Assembly: GCF_009834535.1 (NCBI RefSeq)
Contig: NC_045697.1
Location: 81,656,001 to 81,720,000, forward strand
Source: Camelus ferus
Lineage: Eukaryota
DNA: 64,000 nucleotides
Reading direction: 5' to 3'
Every line of letters begins with the position of its first letter. Within the stretch, counting starts at the first letter, position 1. Both the position numbers and the translations under genes were made by a program. The notes under the pieces were generated by a model. The model was not told the origin of the DNA, did not search any database, and saw only the letters and a program-made list of their open reading frames with translations. Below are positions 11,750-23,169 of this stretch, in pieces.

Positions 11750-12870
11750 TATCTCACATCCCATATCCACTCTGTCAGTCAATCCTAATGGCTCTAATTT
11801 CCTAATATATATTAGGACCTAAATATTTCCCACCATTTCCCACAACTCTTTAGCCCATGTCACCAACATCTCATTCCTGTACTACCTCTAAACCTACTTT
11901 CTTAATATATGTTTTCCGCATATTAGCCGGAGTCATTGTATTGGTTTGCTAGGGCTGCTATAACAAAATAGCATATACAAGGTGGCTTCCACACAGAAAT
12001 GGATTTTCTCACAATTCCAGAAACTAAAGGCCCCAGATCACAATGCTAGCAGGATTGGTTTCTCCTGAGGCTTCTCTCCTTGTCCTGTAGATGGCCACCT
12101 TCCCACAATCCTTAAGGTTCCTCCTCTGTGTTCACACATCCTGGGTATCTCTCTGTATGTCCAAATTTCCTCTTCTTACAAGGACGTCAGTCATTTTGAA
12201 TTAGGGCCCAACCGCATGACCTCATTTTAGCTTTATTATCTCTTTATAGGCTGTATCTTCCAAAGCAGTTACATTCTGAGATGCTGGGTTTAGAACTTCA
12301 ACATATGAAGTTTGGGGGAACACAATACAGCCCATAATAGTCATCCTTTGCAAGCAGCAGTAATATCCTATCACAACAAGGCTCAGAAGCCTAACTCTGT
12401 GAGAGCTTCCCAGGATACCTAAAATGAAAACTGCACCTGACTCTCTTTCCTATGACTTTCCTTCTCATTTATTCTATCTCAGACAAATTGGATTCTCTCT
12501 TTTCCATAATATACAAAGCAAGCTGGTACACCAAAGATATTCTACTGGTGTTCAATCTAGAACAATCTCCCAGATATCATGGAAACTTCCTCCCTCCCTG
12601 TATTCAGTTCTTTGCTTTACAAGGCTTCTGATATTCAGAGAGGTCTCCCTCACCACCCACCTAAAATACCACTTCTCTGAACTTTTATCTGCTTTCATTT
12701 TGTTGCTTTTATTACAGTCCCAAAATATTTACTTAAATATCTATTAATCATATGTTAATCTGTTACTGGCACTAGAATATTAATTCTGTGAGGCCAAGCA
12801 ATACCTAGTTCCTAGAACAGTACCCGCTATGTGGTATAAGGTCATTCGTCGGAGTGAATGAATAAATCAA
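11750..12870 (+). mobile_element. L2 LINE 3' fragment (interrupted by MLT1)
   Basis: L2-like 'catatccactctgtcagtcaatcctaatggctcta', and 3' end 'cctagttcctagaacagtacc...gagtgaatgaataaat'. Confidence 0.7.
11937..12339 (-). mobile_element. MLT1 (MLT1B/C-like) MaLR solo LTR
   Basis: tgtattggtttgctagggctgctataacaaa...tccaaatttcctcttcttacaaggac...gggggaacacaatacagcccataata. Perfect 5-bp TSD GTCAT (11932-11936 / 12340-12344). Confidence 0.9.
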
Positions 12871-13542
12871 CTGATAAGAAATGTTCTTGATGTGTTTCAA
12901 TCTTAAAGTCTCTATTTGGCAAAAGCTATGTATCTAGGGAAACTTAACTTTATTGCCTTTAAAATTTCCAAGTCAGTCAGTGTTCCCTTTAAATGCTTCC
13001 ATGTAGAACATAAGGACTTCTCACAAGATTCTGTACAATTGGTCCACCCAACCTTCCCTGAGAAGTATCTTGGCTTTGGGTATCTATTACATAGACTTTC
13101 ATTTAGAAATTTACTTTTTGTAGTTTTATTCATATGTTGAACTTTTCTAGATAGTTTCCATAGTAGATAGTATCTAACACGTCAATAGAAATACAAGAAA
13201 AACTATTTTGCACCTACTATATACTCATCTAAACAATTTCAAATAATAATGAGTGGTAAAATTTCAGATATCAGAAAGAGGATGGTTTTGTAAGATTCTG
13301 GGTTCTGTTCTTTCAAGCAGTTGAAACATCTCAAGCAGAAGTCCATCTATTCACTTCTAATGAGTATCAGCCTCATTTCTTGCTGTGATTCTTACTGAGA
13401 TCTGCATTTCTTTCCTGCTGAAAGACTGTTTTCTTTACTGTTAGCTTATATCCTGGTCTTTTTTCTGACTAGAATTTTTATGAGCCTAGTAGGTCTCCTC
13501 TCCTATTGGTGTTTTCCCCTATGTTTTACCTTGAGAAAAGGT

Positions 13543-13985
13543 TATGCTTATTTCCTGAAGCTGCCATAACAAATTAACACAGACTTGGCAGCTTGAAACA
13601 AATTATATTTATTTATTTACAGTTCTGGAGGCTAGAAGTCTAAAATCAAGGTTTAGAACAAAGCCATGCTACTTTCATTAGAGAATCTGTTCCTTTCTCA
13701 TCCAGCTTCTGGTGGCTGCCCCAGAATCCCTGTGCTTAAGTCCTAATCACTACATTCTCTGCCTCTGTCTTCACATCATTTTTCCCTCTGTATATTGGTC
13801 TTTTTCTCCTTTCTCTTATAAGGATTTAGGGCTATAACAGGTGGTGGTTGTAATACAGGGATTACCTCATCTCAAGAATATTAGTTTAATTGTATCTTCA
13901 GGAACCCTTTTACAAATAAGGCAATATTCACAGGTTCCAAGGATTTGATGTGGATATCTTTACCGGTCCATTTTTCCATTACCAT
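13543..13985 (-). mobile_element. MLT1 (MLT1C-like) MaLR LTR
   Basis: 'gctgccataacaaattaacacagacttggcagcttgaaaca...cagttctggaggctagaagtctaaaatcaagg...atattcacaggttcc'. Confidence 0.8.
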
Positions 13986-14099
13986 AGAAATAACAGAGGG
14001 AATATTCCAGGATGAAAAAGGAAACGTGTATCTTCTAAATTGAATGGTTGTATTCAGTGCTGATGAGTGGAAAAAAATGTGCCCTGCACAGAATGTGTA

Positions 14100-14436
14100 A
14101 GGCAACTTGCAGTTGCAGGACTGAGGTTCCTGACTTCTAACCAGCTGGTAGCTGGAGGTCACTCTCCATTCAGTTCATAGAAACCGCCCAGAATTTCTTG
14201 CCACAGTCACTTACATCATCAAGCAAGCAAAACCAAGCTCTGAAGAGACTCTACTACCAAGATGGAGTCCTACATAATGAAACACAATCATGAGAATGAT
14301 ACCTCATTAACTTTGCTATGATCTATTATTTTGAGGCCTATTAGTTCTGCCTCCACTCAAAGGGAGGGGATTATACTTGACACCAGAAAGCAGGTATCAC
14401 AGGGAACCATCCTGGCCCTGGCGTCTGCCTACCACA
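14100..14436 (-). mobile_element. MLT1D/E-like MaLR LTR fragment
   Basis: 'ccactcaaagggaggggattatac...gtctgcctaccaca' is the reverse complement of the MLT1D-type start tgtggtaggcag. Confidence 0.7.
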
Positions 14437-14501
14437 TTGTATCTCTGTAGTGAACTTATTTGCATAATTTAAAATATATACATATTTTAATAGATTTCAA
14501 C

Positions 14502-15273
14502 TTTTTAAAACATTTTTTATTGAGTAATAGTCATTTTACAATATTGTGTCAAATTCCAGTGTAGAGAACAATTTGTCAGTTATATATGAACATATATATA
14601 TTCATTGTCACATTTTTTTCCACTGTGAGCTACCATAAGATTTTGTATGTATTTCCCTGTGCTATACAGTATAATCTTTTTTATCTATTCTACATTTTGA
14701 AATCCCAGTCTGTCCCTTCCCACATAGAATACAAACTTGTGTTTGTGTGAGTCTGTTTCTGTTTTGTATTTATTTATTTGTTTGTTTGTTTGTTTATTTA
14801 TTTATAGATTCCACATATGAGCGATCTCATATGGTATTTCTCTTTTTTCTTTCTTTCTCTTTCTGGCTTACTTCACTTAGAATGACATTCTCCAGGAGAA
14901 TCCATGTTGCTGCAAATGGTGTTATGTTGTCAGTTTTTATGGCTGAATAGTGTTCCATTGTATAAATATACCACATCTTCTTTATCCAGTCATCTATTGA
15001 TGGACATCTGGGCTGTTTCCATGTCTTGGCTATTATAAATAATGCTGCTATGAACATTGGGTTGCAGGTATCATCCTGAAGTAGGGTTCCTTCTGGATAT
15101 ATATCCAGGAGTGGGATTCCTGGGTCATATGGTAAGTCTATTCCTAATCTTTTGCGGAATCTCCATACTGTTTTCCACGGTGGCTGCATCAAGCTGCATT
15201 CCCACCAGCAGTGTAGGAGGGTTCCCTTTTCTCCACAGCCTCTCCAGTATCTGTCATTTGTGGATTTTTGAAT
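14502..15273 (-). mobile_element. 5'-truncated, relatively young L1 (ORF2 C-terminus + 3' UTR)
   Basis: ORF 14827-15192(-) reads WKTVWRF...[14 protein letters not shown]...[20 protein letters not shown]...[12 protein letters not shown], the L1 ORF2 C-terminus. T-rich tail at the left end. Confidence 0.95.
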
Positions 15274-16789
15274 ATTGAATCAACCTATACATGAAGCATG
15301 GAAGGCAACTAAAAGTTATACAAGAGACACATAATAGCCACAACTTCAGCAATTTAAAACAGCAACTTAGAGAAATGACCCGAGAATGGTCTGGACATCT
15401 ACCTTGAGTAATTATGCTATACCTATGTCACTCTTGAATTTGTTTTTTGTCTTTGCTGCCAGTAGCATATGGCAATTATCAGCACCTTTGGTGTATGCAA
15501 GTATAAAAATTTCATGAGAAGAAAAATGAACTGTCTTGTCAAATTCAAAATGACCACTGAAGAGATCAGTAAGATCCTGCTCACAGGACAGCCCTCAAGC
15601 ACAGCAGTCAAATGCAAGATTATAGAAATGTACAACGGTACAGCCTTCCACATTCACTAAAGCCCAGTAATCTGTGGATCAACAGAATTGAGAGATCCTA
15701 AGAAAAGTTTTTCAGCTTTTCTTCTACTCCTAAAACCTCTAGTAATGAAGTTAAAGAGAAGTCATGTGATTTTTTTTGTAGATAATAGAAAAACAACCAC
15801 AACAACAACGAGAGGATGAAATTTAAAGTTAGGGAGGACATAGAGAGGGAAAGGGTTCCATGTGGTGATGGGTGACTTACACAAGCTAAACTCACATCTA
15901 TCAGAGTGGGAATTACAATATGGATAAATCATGAAATGTATAAATTTCTTCTATGTAAAGGTATAATGCCCAAATGAATTAAAACAAAATCAACACAAAC
16001 ACTGCATCGAGAAGTCTGATCATACAAAAGGAGTGGATAGATAAAGGCAAATACTTTCATTAAAATCACTTCATATTTACTCAGTTTTGTAACCAAGAAC
16101 ATATATATATAATTTATAAGTTAAAATAGGAAATAGAAAATAATAACAATATTATAAAACTAAAACTTCAAAGAACATATTGCCAAAGATGGAAAAACTT
16201 TCCCTTAATTCTTAGGTAAGCAGCAGGATTTAAAAGAACAATCATGAGCTAACTTTTACCTCAAGGAAATTGTTTAAAAAAAAATCAAATATTATTCTTA
16301 AAAAGATAATATTTCATTTTAAGGTATAAATTGTATTTAATATTTGTGTGAGGATTTATGTATGTGTAAATACATGAACATAGATTATGTATAAATACTA
16401 TTAAAATTTTATATATATTATTATCACTTATGTGTAAATTCACACACGCACATATATACACAATAGTATTTATTGAAAATTTTAAATTATTTTAGTCTTT
16501 ATTTATCTGTCTCATTTCTTAAGGATGAATCAAATATGTAGCCTACTAAAATTGTGCTTTTGTCTTTTCTCATATTTTTATAAGCTTTGCTTTACATAAT
16601 TTATTCCATATTCTTTTCTTTATATTTGTTAAGAATTAACTCAAACTTACAAATAAGGTGGTAAACTTACAAATAAAGTGGTGGTGGGGGCAGCATATTC
16701 ATTAGGTGTTAAATCTAGACATCATTTAACAGCCCTGCCCAAGGGTTATATATTTCTCTATTAGAATATACTTATTATAATAAATAAAT

Positions 16790-17167
16790 ACACAGACAAA
16801 AAACAAGCTCATAATTACAGAGAACAGACTTTTGCTTGTGAGAGACTGGAAAGAAGAAGTGAAATAAGTGAAGGGAGTCAAAAGGTATAAACTTTCAGTT
16901 ATAAAATATATGTCATGGGGATGTTATGTAAGGCATGACAACTACAGCTAATAATACCATATTGTATTTTAAAAGTAGCCAGGAAAGTAGATCTTAAAAG
17001 TTTTCATCAAAAAAAAAAAAATTCTGTAACTCTGCATGGTGAAAGATGTTAACCAGACTTCTTGTAATGATAATTTTGTACTACATACAAATATCCAATC
17101 ATTATGTTGTATACTTGAAACTAATATAATGGTGTATATCAATTATGCCTCAATTCAAAATTTAAAA
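16790..17167 (+). mobile_element. Older L1 3' UTR (L1MA-like)
   Basis: 'acagagaacagact...caaaaggtataaactttcagttataaaat...gtagatcttaaaagttttcatca...tgaaactaatataatg...tcaattatgcctcaatt' followed by A-rich end. Confidence 0.85.
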
Positions 17168-17280
17168 GAAAGAATACACCTATTTTTAACTTTGCTATTT
17201 ACTCTTACATCAGATACCAGGCATGAGAATTTCCTGGTTAAATTGCAGATTATAAAAACAAAAACAAAACAAAAATGAAC

Positions 17281-17350
17281 TCTCTCTCTGTACACACACA
17301 CACACACACACAGACATATACATATAAAGCGCATATATATATATATATAA
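17281..17350. repeat. Compound (TC)/(CA)/(TA) microsatellite
   Basis: tctctctctg tacacacacacacacacaca...atatatatatatata read directly. Confidence 0.9.
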
Positions 17351-18149
17351 ACTTTATTGTAATAGAAATTAACTAGTCTTGTACCTAACCTATCATTTTT
17401 TGACAATTTTTGTGCTCTTTGAATCAATTTCACCATCTTACTAGTGCCTGGGTAATGGCTTTTATATTATAGAGTTTTGTCTCTTTGCTTTTGGCCCCGT
17501 ATTTATTGAATATTTGTATGACAATCATATTTTAAGTTTTAAATTATACAGTTTGATATATATATATTGACTCAAATTATTGTATTCCACAATTTCTTTT
17601 AGGTTTATGTGTGTCTGATAAATCTTCACCATCACTTTCATTTATTTTCAACCTAGCTCTTACTCTGGTTATAATGTCCCTATTTCTTTTAATTCAATAA
17701 TTTGATAATCTTACATTTATGACCATTACAAACTTTCATGTTCTTAAACTGTCATCTAGTTTTATGCTTTTATTTATTTTATTTTATTTGCATCTTTGCT
17801 TTTTTCTTTGCTTATTTTCTTCCTAAATTCCCTACTTCTCAAAAGATATTATTGTTAATTCTATGATAATTTTTAATTAATTCAAAAATACTACTCTAAA
17901 CTCTTATGTTTAGAGTAGAACCATTTTATAACTGAGAATGTCTTTATTTTTCTTTTAGATTTAAAAGTGAGTTTGTCCTGGTGCCTAAGTTTTTGATGTA
18001 CAAATTTTTCAAAGAAAAATTTTTAGAAATTATTTTCTTGCTGACATTTTACAATAATTTTGCTCATGTGAAAATATTTAATAATGTGTTTGCATTTAAA
18101 AATTTTATGAATACACAATAGTGTTCTAGAATGCTATTATCTGATTATA

Positions 18150-18580
18150 AACACAGGATTATGAAACAAAATTTGTAAAACAACACTGAGAAGTCATGAA
18201 AAATCATTACTAACGATCCCACATCAAAAGTATCCACTATAATAATTTTGATGCATTTCCTTCCATATATTTTTCTACAAATACATAAATGGATAAATTT
18301 TACTATGCCTATAACTTCATATTTTTACAGTGTTATCGCCTGGATATTTTCTAAAATCATGATACATTTTATAAAAACACAATTTAACTGTTTAAATCAT
18401 TTTATGCCATAGAAATACAATTGATTTAAACATTTTTATAATTTAATATGCATAATTATATTGAATAAATATCACTACTTTTACCTTACATATGACTTTG
18501 ATTGTTGTTATAGTTTAAGTTCTTAGAAGTAAAATTATTCAATCTATAAGTTACATTTTTTTAGGGCTCTTCATGTCTTT
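18150..18580 (-). mobile_element. Ancient L1ME-like 3' fragment
   Basis: 'ccactataataattttgatgcatttccttccatatatttttcta...ttcttagaagtaaaattattcaatc' resembles antisense L1ME 3' sequence; highly diverged. Confidence 0.45.
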
Positions 18581-19143
18581 ATTTTCACTGACTTTGCTTT
18601 GCTTGAGCATGTAAAGATAGTTCATTCCAAGTTGTTTTCTAAGATTTATGGTCTATGAATTAATAAATGAGGAAATATATATGGATATCTGGGTAAACAA
18701 CTGGAATCTAGTACATTATAGCAGTAGTGTTACTGACAATGCTTTGGTTTTCAAAAATTTTGTTTTTTGAGCCAGAAAAAAGAATGGAAGGACAGAATTT
18801 ACAGATTTCCAAGTATTCTTACTTTCAGATTGTGAGACAAAATAAGCTATTGTTTGCCTATTTTTAATCATGGTACATCGACTTTACACTAAGTGAAATT
18901 TTTCCAAGCTTTTGCGTTGCATGTGCTGGTGAATGTTTTCAACATTTTTACTTGTTCTCCTTGGTGATAGGTGAAGTGACACTACAGTGAGGGGTACTGA
19001 CCAGCTCCCATTCCAATCCCAAATAAATGTCTCAATTTTCTCTCTGATTTGTTTAATATGAATAAAGCATTTTCAAGAATTATTCAAATTTTTATATTTT
19101 ACAATTTCATTCATCATATTCTCTAGTTTATTCCCTAACCTTG

Positions 19144-19920
19144 TGTGATATTGTGATTTTTAATAAATACATAATTTGGTCTTCATTCCTGTTTCTCGCA
19201 CAGAACTCCTAAAACCCTTGGAGTAGCCTAATTGAGGAAAGCAACAAAGATGTTTATCAGGTGACTTCTGGAAAGCACCTAGGGATGAAGGCTGCCTGCC
19301 AAGAGAATCAACCATATGGGAACTTTCAGTCCCATCTTCCTTGACCTTGGAGAGGGCCAAGGGGCTGGGTTTGAATCAGTCACCAATGGGCAATGATTTA
19401 ATCAGCTATGCAATGTAATTAAGCCTCCTTAACAACCCAAAGGACTGGGTTAGATGACCCTCTGGATTGGTGAAGATGCAGAGGTACTGGGAGAATGATG
19501 CACCTGGAGAAGGAACAGACGCTCCACACTCCTTTCCACATACCCTATGCATCTCTTCCACCAGCTGTTTCTGAGTTATATCCATTTATAATAAACTGTG
19601 ATTCAGTAAGTACTGTATTTCTCTGCATTTTGTGAGCTGCTCTAGCAAAGGAGGAGATCATGGGAACCTTTGATTTCTAGTCTTTTGGCCAGAAGTACAG
19701 GTAACAACCTGAGCGTAAGACTTACATCTGAATTGAGAGAGAAGGCACAACTGTGAGGAGAGTTTTGTAGGGTGAACCCTTTTCCTGTGTGATGTGATGC
19801 CGTCTCTAGGTAGACAAAGTCAGAACTGAGTTGATTATTTGGTATCATGTGATGTCTGAGAACTGCTTGTTGGTAGTGAGGAAACTCCACCTTGCCCACA
19901 AATGGGGACTGAGATCTGGA
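19144..19920 (+). mobile_element. MER21-like LTR
   Basis: tgtgatattgtgat...cagaactcctaaaacccttgga...caccaatgggcaatgatttaatca...taccctatgcatctcttcca...gtgagctgctctagcaaa...tctaggtagacaaagtcagaactgagttga follows recalled MER21. Confidence 0.85.
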
Positions 19921-20604
19921 CAAATTTGACTTGAAGTATCATACCTCTGTCTACAGCCTTCCCTTAACAACAGCAATGTATTTGTTTACTATTTAAAATT
20001 AGAATGTTGATTACTATTAGCTTCACACTGCTCTGAATATATTCCCAGTATGTAAGACTTCAATGCTTACAATTTAGGTAAGGTGATATGGAATAGATAC
20101 ATCATTTAAAAAATAAGACAAATAGAGACTCACTGAAATTAAGCCAGATGGTAGAAAGTAGAGAAAAGAATAAAGGTAGAGAACAGAGAAATTGTGAGAA
20201 TAGAGTACCCTGGTATGAATTAATGGTTACTCATTATATTTTCAACACTATGAATTTTTACCAGGGATAACTTTATTTTGATAAAGGAAGAAAACTTATG
20301 CTTATACCTCTTTCTATAGGGTCATTACTATGTACATTTGTTGGCGTCTAGAGGAAAATGTCTATGGAAGTCTGTACATCCTTTCTTATCCTTGTGATAC
20401 AACATTTTTGAACAATATTTCAGGTTGCTGGGCATTAGTAGCCAGGGAAGGCCATTAACTAGTATTTAGACAGAGTACTCTCCAGATATCCTGAATCTGA
20501 CAGTTGTAGCTGAGCTTGCTCCCAGTGAATCTAGCCAAGTTCTTTAATGCTCACAGTGAGTTCACACAATCAGGTCTCTCAGATGTGATCTAAAAGTTCT
20601 CTGA

Positions 20605-21427
20605 TAAACAAAACAAGAAAGGAAAATGGAGAAATTATAACCAATACCACAGAAATACAAAATACCATAAGAGAGTACTATGAACAACTATACAGAAACA
20701 AACTGGATGACCTAGAAGAAACAGACAAGTTTCTGGAAACATTCAGTCCACCAAGACTGAACCAAGAAGAAACAGACTACCTGAACAAACTGATCACTAG
20801 AAATGAAATAGAATTAGCAATAAAAAATCTCCCTGCAAACAAACGTCCAGGACCGGATGGCTTCACTGGGGAATTTTACCAAACATACAAAGAAGAACTC
20901 ATACTGGTCCTTCTCAAACTCTTCCAGAAGACTGAAAAGGAGGGAACACTCCCAAACTCATTCTATGAAGCCACCATCACTCTGATACCAAAACCAGACA
21001 AAGACACTACCAAAAAAAAACATACAGGCCAATATCACTGATGAACATAGACACAAAAATCCTTAACAAAATATTAGCAAACAGAATCCAACAGCAGATA
21101 AAAAAGATCATACAACATGATCAAGCTGGATTCATCCCAGGGACACAAGGGTTGTTCAACATGTGCAAATCAATCAATGTGATACACCACATCAACAAAA
21201 GGACAAAAATCACATGATCATCTCAATAGATGCATAAAAGGCATTTGACACCCATTTATGATAAAACCTCTTACCAAAGTGGGTATAGAGGGAACATGTC
21301 TCAACATTAATAAAAGCTATTTATGACAAATATACAGCAAGCATAGTACTCAACAGTGAAAAACTGAAAGCCTTCCTGCTAAAACCTGGAACAAACAAGA
21401 AAAGGATGCCCACTCTCACCACTTCTA
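20605..21427 (+). mobile_element. L1 internal ORF2 fragment (linker to early RT), no 3' UTR or poly-A, with TSD
   Basis: Translates [24 protein letters not shown]...[18 protein letters not shown]...[21 protein letters not shown] and ends at the GCPLSPLL motif. Perfect direct repeat taaaagttctctga at 20591-20604 and 21428-21441. Confidence 0.95.
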
Positions 21428-21809
21428 TAAAAGTTCTCTGAAATTCAGAAGTAAAGGAAACCTATTGCTAACTCTCCCTTCATGTACTTCCAAAGTACAT
21501 GAGACTAAGGATAGGGTAAAAAATAGATTTCTCTTTTAGTGAGTTTTTAAAAACTCAAGAGGCTTCTAAGAGAATTTCCTCAAGAACTGGCAATTAGCAT
21601 TCCAGGACATTTGGTAGCAACATGATACACTGTCATAATAGGCCATTCCCAGAATGCTCAGTGGCACACTTGACAACAGAGATCAGGGACACTAGATATT
21701 ACAAAGTGAATATAACATTCATTCCAATATATTGTCTCATTCTTTTAAATCAGTATAATTAAGGACATCGTATGTATTAGAAAATTTCATTGGTTCTGAA
21801 AGAGAGACA

Positions 21810-21975
21810 TATGTTTGTATCTGACTCTGGCTCTTTCTTGCTGCATGAAATTAGATATAGTTTCAGTTATTTTTCTCAATATATAAGATGGAAAGCAGAA
21901 ATGTATGCTTCACAAAGTGATTTTAAATGATGCAAAGACCAAAAAATATAATACATATTAAGTGCCTTACATATG
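21810..21975 (+). mobile_element. MIR fragment
   Basis: 'ctctggctctttcttgctgcatg...cttcacaaagtgattttaaatga...catattaagtgcctt' is a degraded MIR. Confidence 0.45.
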
Positions 21976-22182
21976 AGAATGGGCGATGCTATAAATAAAA
22001 GTTTTGCTATTCCAGTTGTGGTATGTGCATTCCAGAAAACAAAATACTAATGGCAATCATTCAGATAGGAGCTGTTAGCTTGTATAGTAACACACAGTTT
22101 ACATAGGAATTTTATACCCATTTTAAATAGAATGTTAATTAACAAAATCTTTGTTAAATATTTTTGAAAATTGTTTTTAATC

Positions 22183-22455
22183 GGTATTTTACAGAGAATA
22201 AAATGAGAAATTAAAAAGTTAAATGACTTATCTAAGTCATAATGCTTAAGAAGTGGAATTAGTAATTTAGTGTGGAGGGGAGGGTATAGTTTAGTGGTAG
22301 AATGCATGCCTAGCATGCACGAGGTCCTGGGTTCAATCCCTAGTACCTCCATTTAAAATAAATAAATAAACCTAATTACCTTCCCACCCCCTCACCAAAA
22401 AAAGATTTTAGTGCAGGCATTTCTTATTCCTAGTTCAGTTTTTTTTCTGCTATTA
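22183..22455 (-). mobile_element. MIR (host of the SINE insertion)
   Basis: 'attttacagagaataaaatgag...aagttaaatgacttatctaagtcat...aagtgg' is the antisense MIR core, continuing after the SINE. Confidence 0.65.
22276..22403 (+). mobile_element. tRNA-Ala(AGC)-derived SINE, vic-1 type (camelid)
   Basis: gggtatagtttagtggtagaatgcatgcctagcatgcacgaggtcctgggttcaatccctagtacctcca with A/B boxes, then AT-rich linker, C-rich stretch and A-tail. Degenerate TSD at 22264-22275 / 22405-22416. Confidence 0.9.
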
Positions 22456-23062
22456 GGAAAAGCTATTTTATTCTATTTGTTACTTAATAATTTATAATAG
22501 TCAATTTTGGACTTTTGTGCAGACATATGGATATAGCAAGTTGCTTAATTGCAATAAGACACACTATAACTATAAGTTTAGAGATTATAGGAGCATCACT
22601 AGACTAAGTGCTTTACATACATCATCTTATACAGTTTTTGTGATATGTCTGTAATTGCTATACTGCAAATTTTAGTCATAGAAATATATTCAAATGAGTG
22701 GTGATATTATTAAGCATCTGTTTTCTAATTCCTGTCTAAAAATAAACTATATTTCAAGGACATATTTTGTTTTTTGCCAACCTTCTCCTTAAAGTCTCAA
22801 ATTCTTAGTATCCAAATTTGTATGATAGTAGAAAATATATATATTTTTTAAATGTTATAAAATTGGCATCTTGATTAATGCTTTAATTTTCTAGGCAAAT
22901 ATTTGACATTTTTCTTTTTCTCAATGTATTTCAGAACAGTAGGATACTTAATTGATAAAGCCTAACCTTAGAGAAATTGGATATTTTTAAATAAAAGTGG
23001 AATTTTATTATGCTCTTCATAGAGGTGTTTGGATCTTCTTTATGATACATTTTGTCATTTTA

Positions 23063-23169
23063 TTTTATTTTTTATTGGAGTATAGTTGATTTACAATGTT
23101 GTGTTAGTTTCATCTGTACAGTTCAGATGTACAGATTCTTTTCCACTATAGGTTATTACAAGAACTTGC
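23063..23169 (-). mobile_element. Short L1 3'-end insertion
   Basis: 'ttttattggagtatagttgatttacaatgttgtgttagtttc...cagattcttttccactataggttattacaag'. Perfect 16-bp TSD acattttgtcatttta (23047-23062 / 23170-23185) at a TTTT/AA endonuclease site. Confidence 0.92.

Noticed and set aside
12912..13140. Antiparallel overlapping ORF pair
   Set aside because: Short, no recognisable domain or splice context, and expected by chance.
14827..15192. 121-aa ORF as a host gene
   Set aside because: It is the C-terminus of L1 ORF2 in a 5'-truncated copy.
15469..15660. 63-aa ORF in unique sequence
   Set aside because: No recognisable homology, splice signals or retrocopy hallmarks.
16643..16682. 20-bp tandem duplication (similar short ones near 3651, 39692 and 52125)
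   Set aside because: Ordinary two-copy slippage duplications without spacers; not CRISPR-like.
22281..22351. tRNA-Ala(AGC) gene
   Set aside because: It has a SINE tail, A-run and TSD, plus stem mismatches. It is a tRNA-derived SINE head.
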